From: Moniliella sp. 'wahieum'
Taxonomy: Eukaryota
NCBI GenBank assembly: GCA_003971905.1
Contig: RSEE01000140.1
Coordinates: forward strand, 1-64,000
Direction of reading: 5' to 3'
Length of the DNA stretch: 64,000 nt
The translations under genes were made by a program, and so were the position numbers. A model generated the notes under the pieces. The model did not search any database, was not told where the DNA came from, and was given only the letters and a program-made list of their open reading frames with translations. This document shows positions 62,406 to 64,000 of the stretch, piece by piece (positions within the stretch are counted from its first letter, which is position 1; every line of letters begins with the position of its first letter).

Positions 62406-64000
62406 ATGTCGTCCAAGGGTACGTCCGCCCCCTCCCCCCCCTCCCGCATTCACACTCACACCCGCCTTCTGCGCCCCCCGCCACCAGCCATCCGCGAGTT
62501 TGACGCCAAACTTCTCGTCAACTACTGGCTCCCGCGCGCCCCCATCTTCAGCGACCAGGTCGCTGTATCCCACTCCTTCCCTCGCCTCCGCCCAGGTCGC
62601 CCAAGTCGCATGGGACCCGGCCACCGGCGCCCTCACCCCCGACAACCAGCTCCCGTCCTGGGTCTTCCACTCCAAGCTCGTCGCCAAGCCCGACCAGTTG
62701 ATCAAACGCCGCGGCAAGGCAGGCTTACTCAAGCTCAATGTCGACTGGCCCGCCGCCAAGCAATGGATTGCCGACCGGGCTGGCAAGCCTCAAAAGGTGC
62801 GTCTTCTTCTCTCTTTCTCTCTCGTATCTAATGCGAAGAGGGGTTCTGACACACACAATCCCCACCAACAGGTTGAATCGGTCGTCGGTACTCTCAACAA
62901 CTTATCGTAGAGCCCCTTTCCCCCACAAGCCCGAGGAGGAATACTATGTCTGCATCAACTCCACTCGCGAGGGAGACCGCATCCTCTTTACTCACGAGGG
63001 GGGTGTGGATGTGGGCGATGTCGATGCTAAGGCGCTTCAACTCCTTATTCCCGCCGATCCTCAACTTCCTGTCCCCTCGCGGGAAGAATGGACATTGACC
63101 CTTCTCCCATTCGTGCCTGAAAGCAAGCAAGAGCTTCTTACCGACTTTCTCATTCGCCTTTACTCGGTCTATGTCCAGCTCCACTTTGCGTACCTCGAGA
63201 TCAACCCCCTGGTTTGCACTTCCGACGGAACCATCGCTTACCTTGACATGGCTGCCAAACTTGACCAGACGGCCGAGTTCCTTGTGGCCCCAGCTGGGCC
63301 ATCGCGCGTGACCCGGCCATCGTACTCGGAACGTCGACGGGCACCACCGCCAAGGGGGAGGAGCGAGGTCCACCCATGTTTTGGCCTGCTCCCTTTGGCC
63401 GTGACTTGACCAAGGAGGAGGCATACATTTCCAAGCTCGACTCGGGCACGGGAGCTTCGCTCAAGCTGACTGTGCTCAATGCCACCGGCCGCATCTGGAC
63501 CATGGTGGCCGGAGGGGGAGCGTCCGTGGTTTACGCGGATGCGATTGCCGCCCATGGCTTTGCTCATGAGTTGGCCAACTATGGCGAGTACTCGGGTGCA
63601 CCGACGGAGACGCAAACGTATGAGTATGCCAGCACCTTGCTTGACTTGATGACCCGTGGTGTCCCGCATCCCGATGGAAAGATTCTCATTATCGGGGGCG
63701 GGATTGCCAACTTTACCAATGTTGCGGCTACGTTCAAGGGCATTATTCGTGCCCTTAAGGAGTACCAGCCCAACCTAATTGACCACCAGGTTCAAATCTT
63801 TGTGCGTCGCGGTGGCTAATTACCAAGAGGGGCTAAAGAACATGCGCCTTTTGGGCGACAATTTGGGGGTGCCCATTGCCGTCTTTGGGCCTGAGACCCA
63901 CATCACCGATATTGTGCCTTGGCCCTTGGTCTAAAGTCACTGGAGCAAGTTCAGCTCGGAATTCAAGCCGTCGAGCTCCCCACCAGCAAGCCGGCCGGGG
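62406..64000 (+). CDS. ACL1: ATP-citrate lyase (3'-partial; introns about 62419-62488 and 62797-62871)
   Basis: [87 protein letters not shown]. Confidence 0.97.

Noticed and set aside
5649..64000. Frameshifts in nearly all genes read as mass pseudogenisation or programmed frameshifting
   Set aside because: They hit essential genes (RPS7, WRS1, NOP4, CWC15), often at homopolymers, with motifs intact on both sides; typical long-read indel error

Overview
GC-rich, intron-poor fungal DNA, probably a basidiomycete of the Ustilaginomycotina type (inferred from gene content, short GT-AG introns with CTRAC branch sites, and single-chain ATP-citrate lyase). Even essential genes carry many 1-2 nt indels, so this looks like uncorrected long-read sequence. 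Gene ends are approximate and frameshifts are not treated as biology. About 20 host genes are present: a CCCH zinc-finger protein, DUS2, a Gfo/Idh/MocA oxidoreductase, RPS7, a small two-knuckle CCHC protein, GH128, a divergent transportin, NOP4, a Zn2Cys6 factor, WRS1, KRE6/SKN1, an FGGY kinase, CWC15, a TFIIIC sub6-like protein, NCE101, a degenerate DH-PH-CNH RhoGEF, ACL, and several orphans. The main feature is a complete, very young Ty1/copia retrotransposon (13141-18190, minus strand, GAGGG target-site duplication) inserted at the 3' splice site of the oxidoreductase. Its gag and pol are in the same frame and separated by one UAG, it lacks a canonical PBS, and its right junction rebuilds both a CAG acceptor and an in-frame ATG for the host gene. 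Intergenic DNA contains a family of heptamer repeats that share one rule (6-bp palindrome plus 1 nt) but use many different cores.
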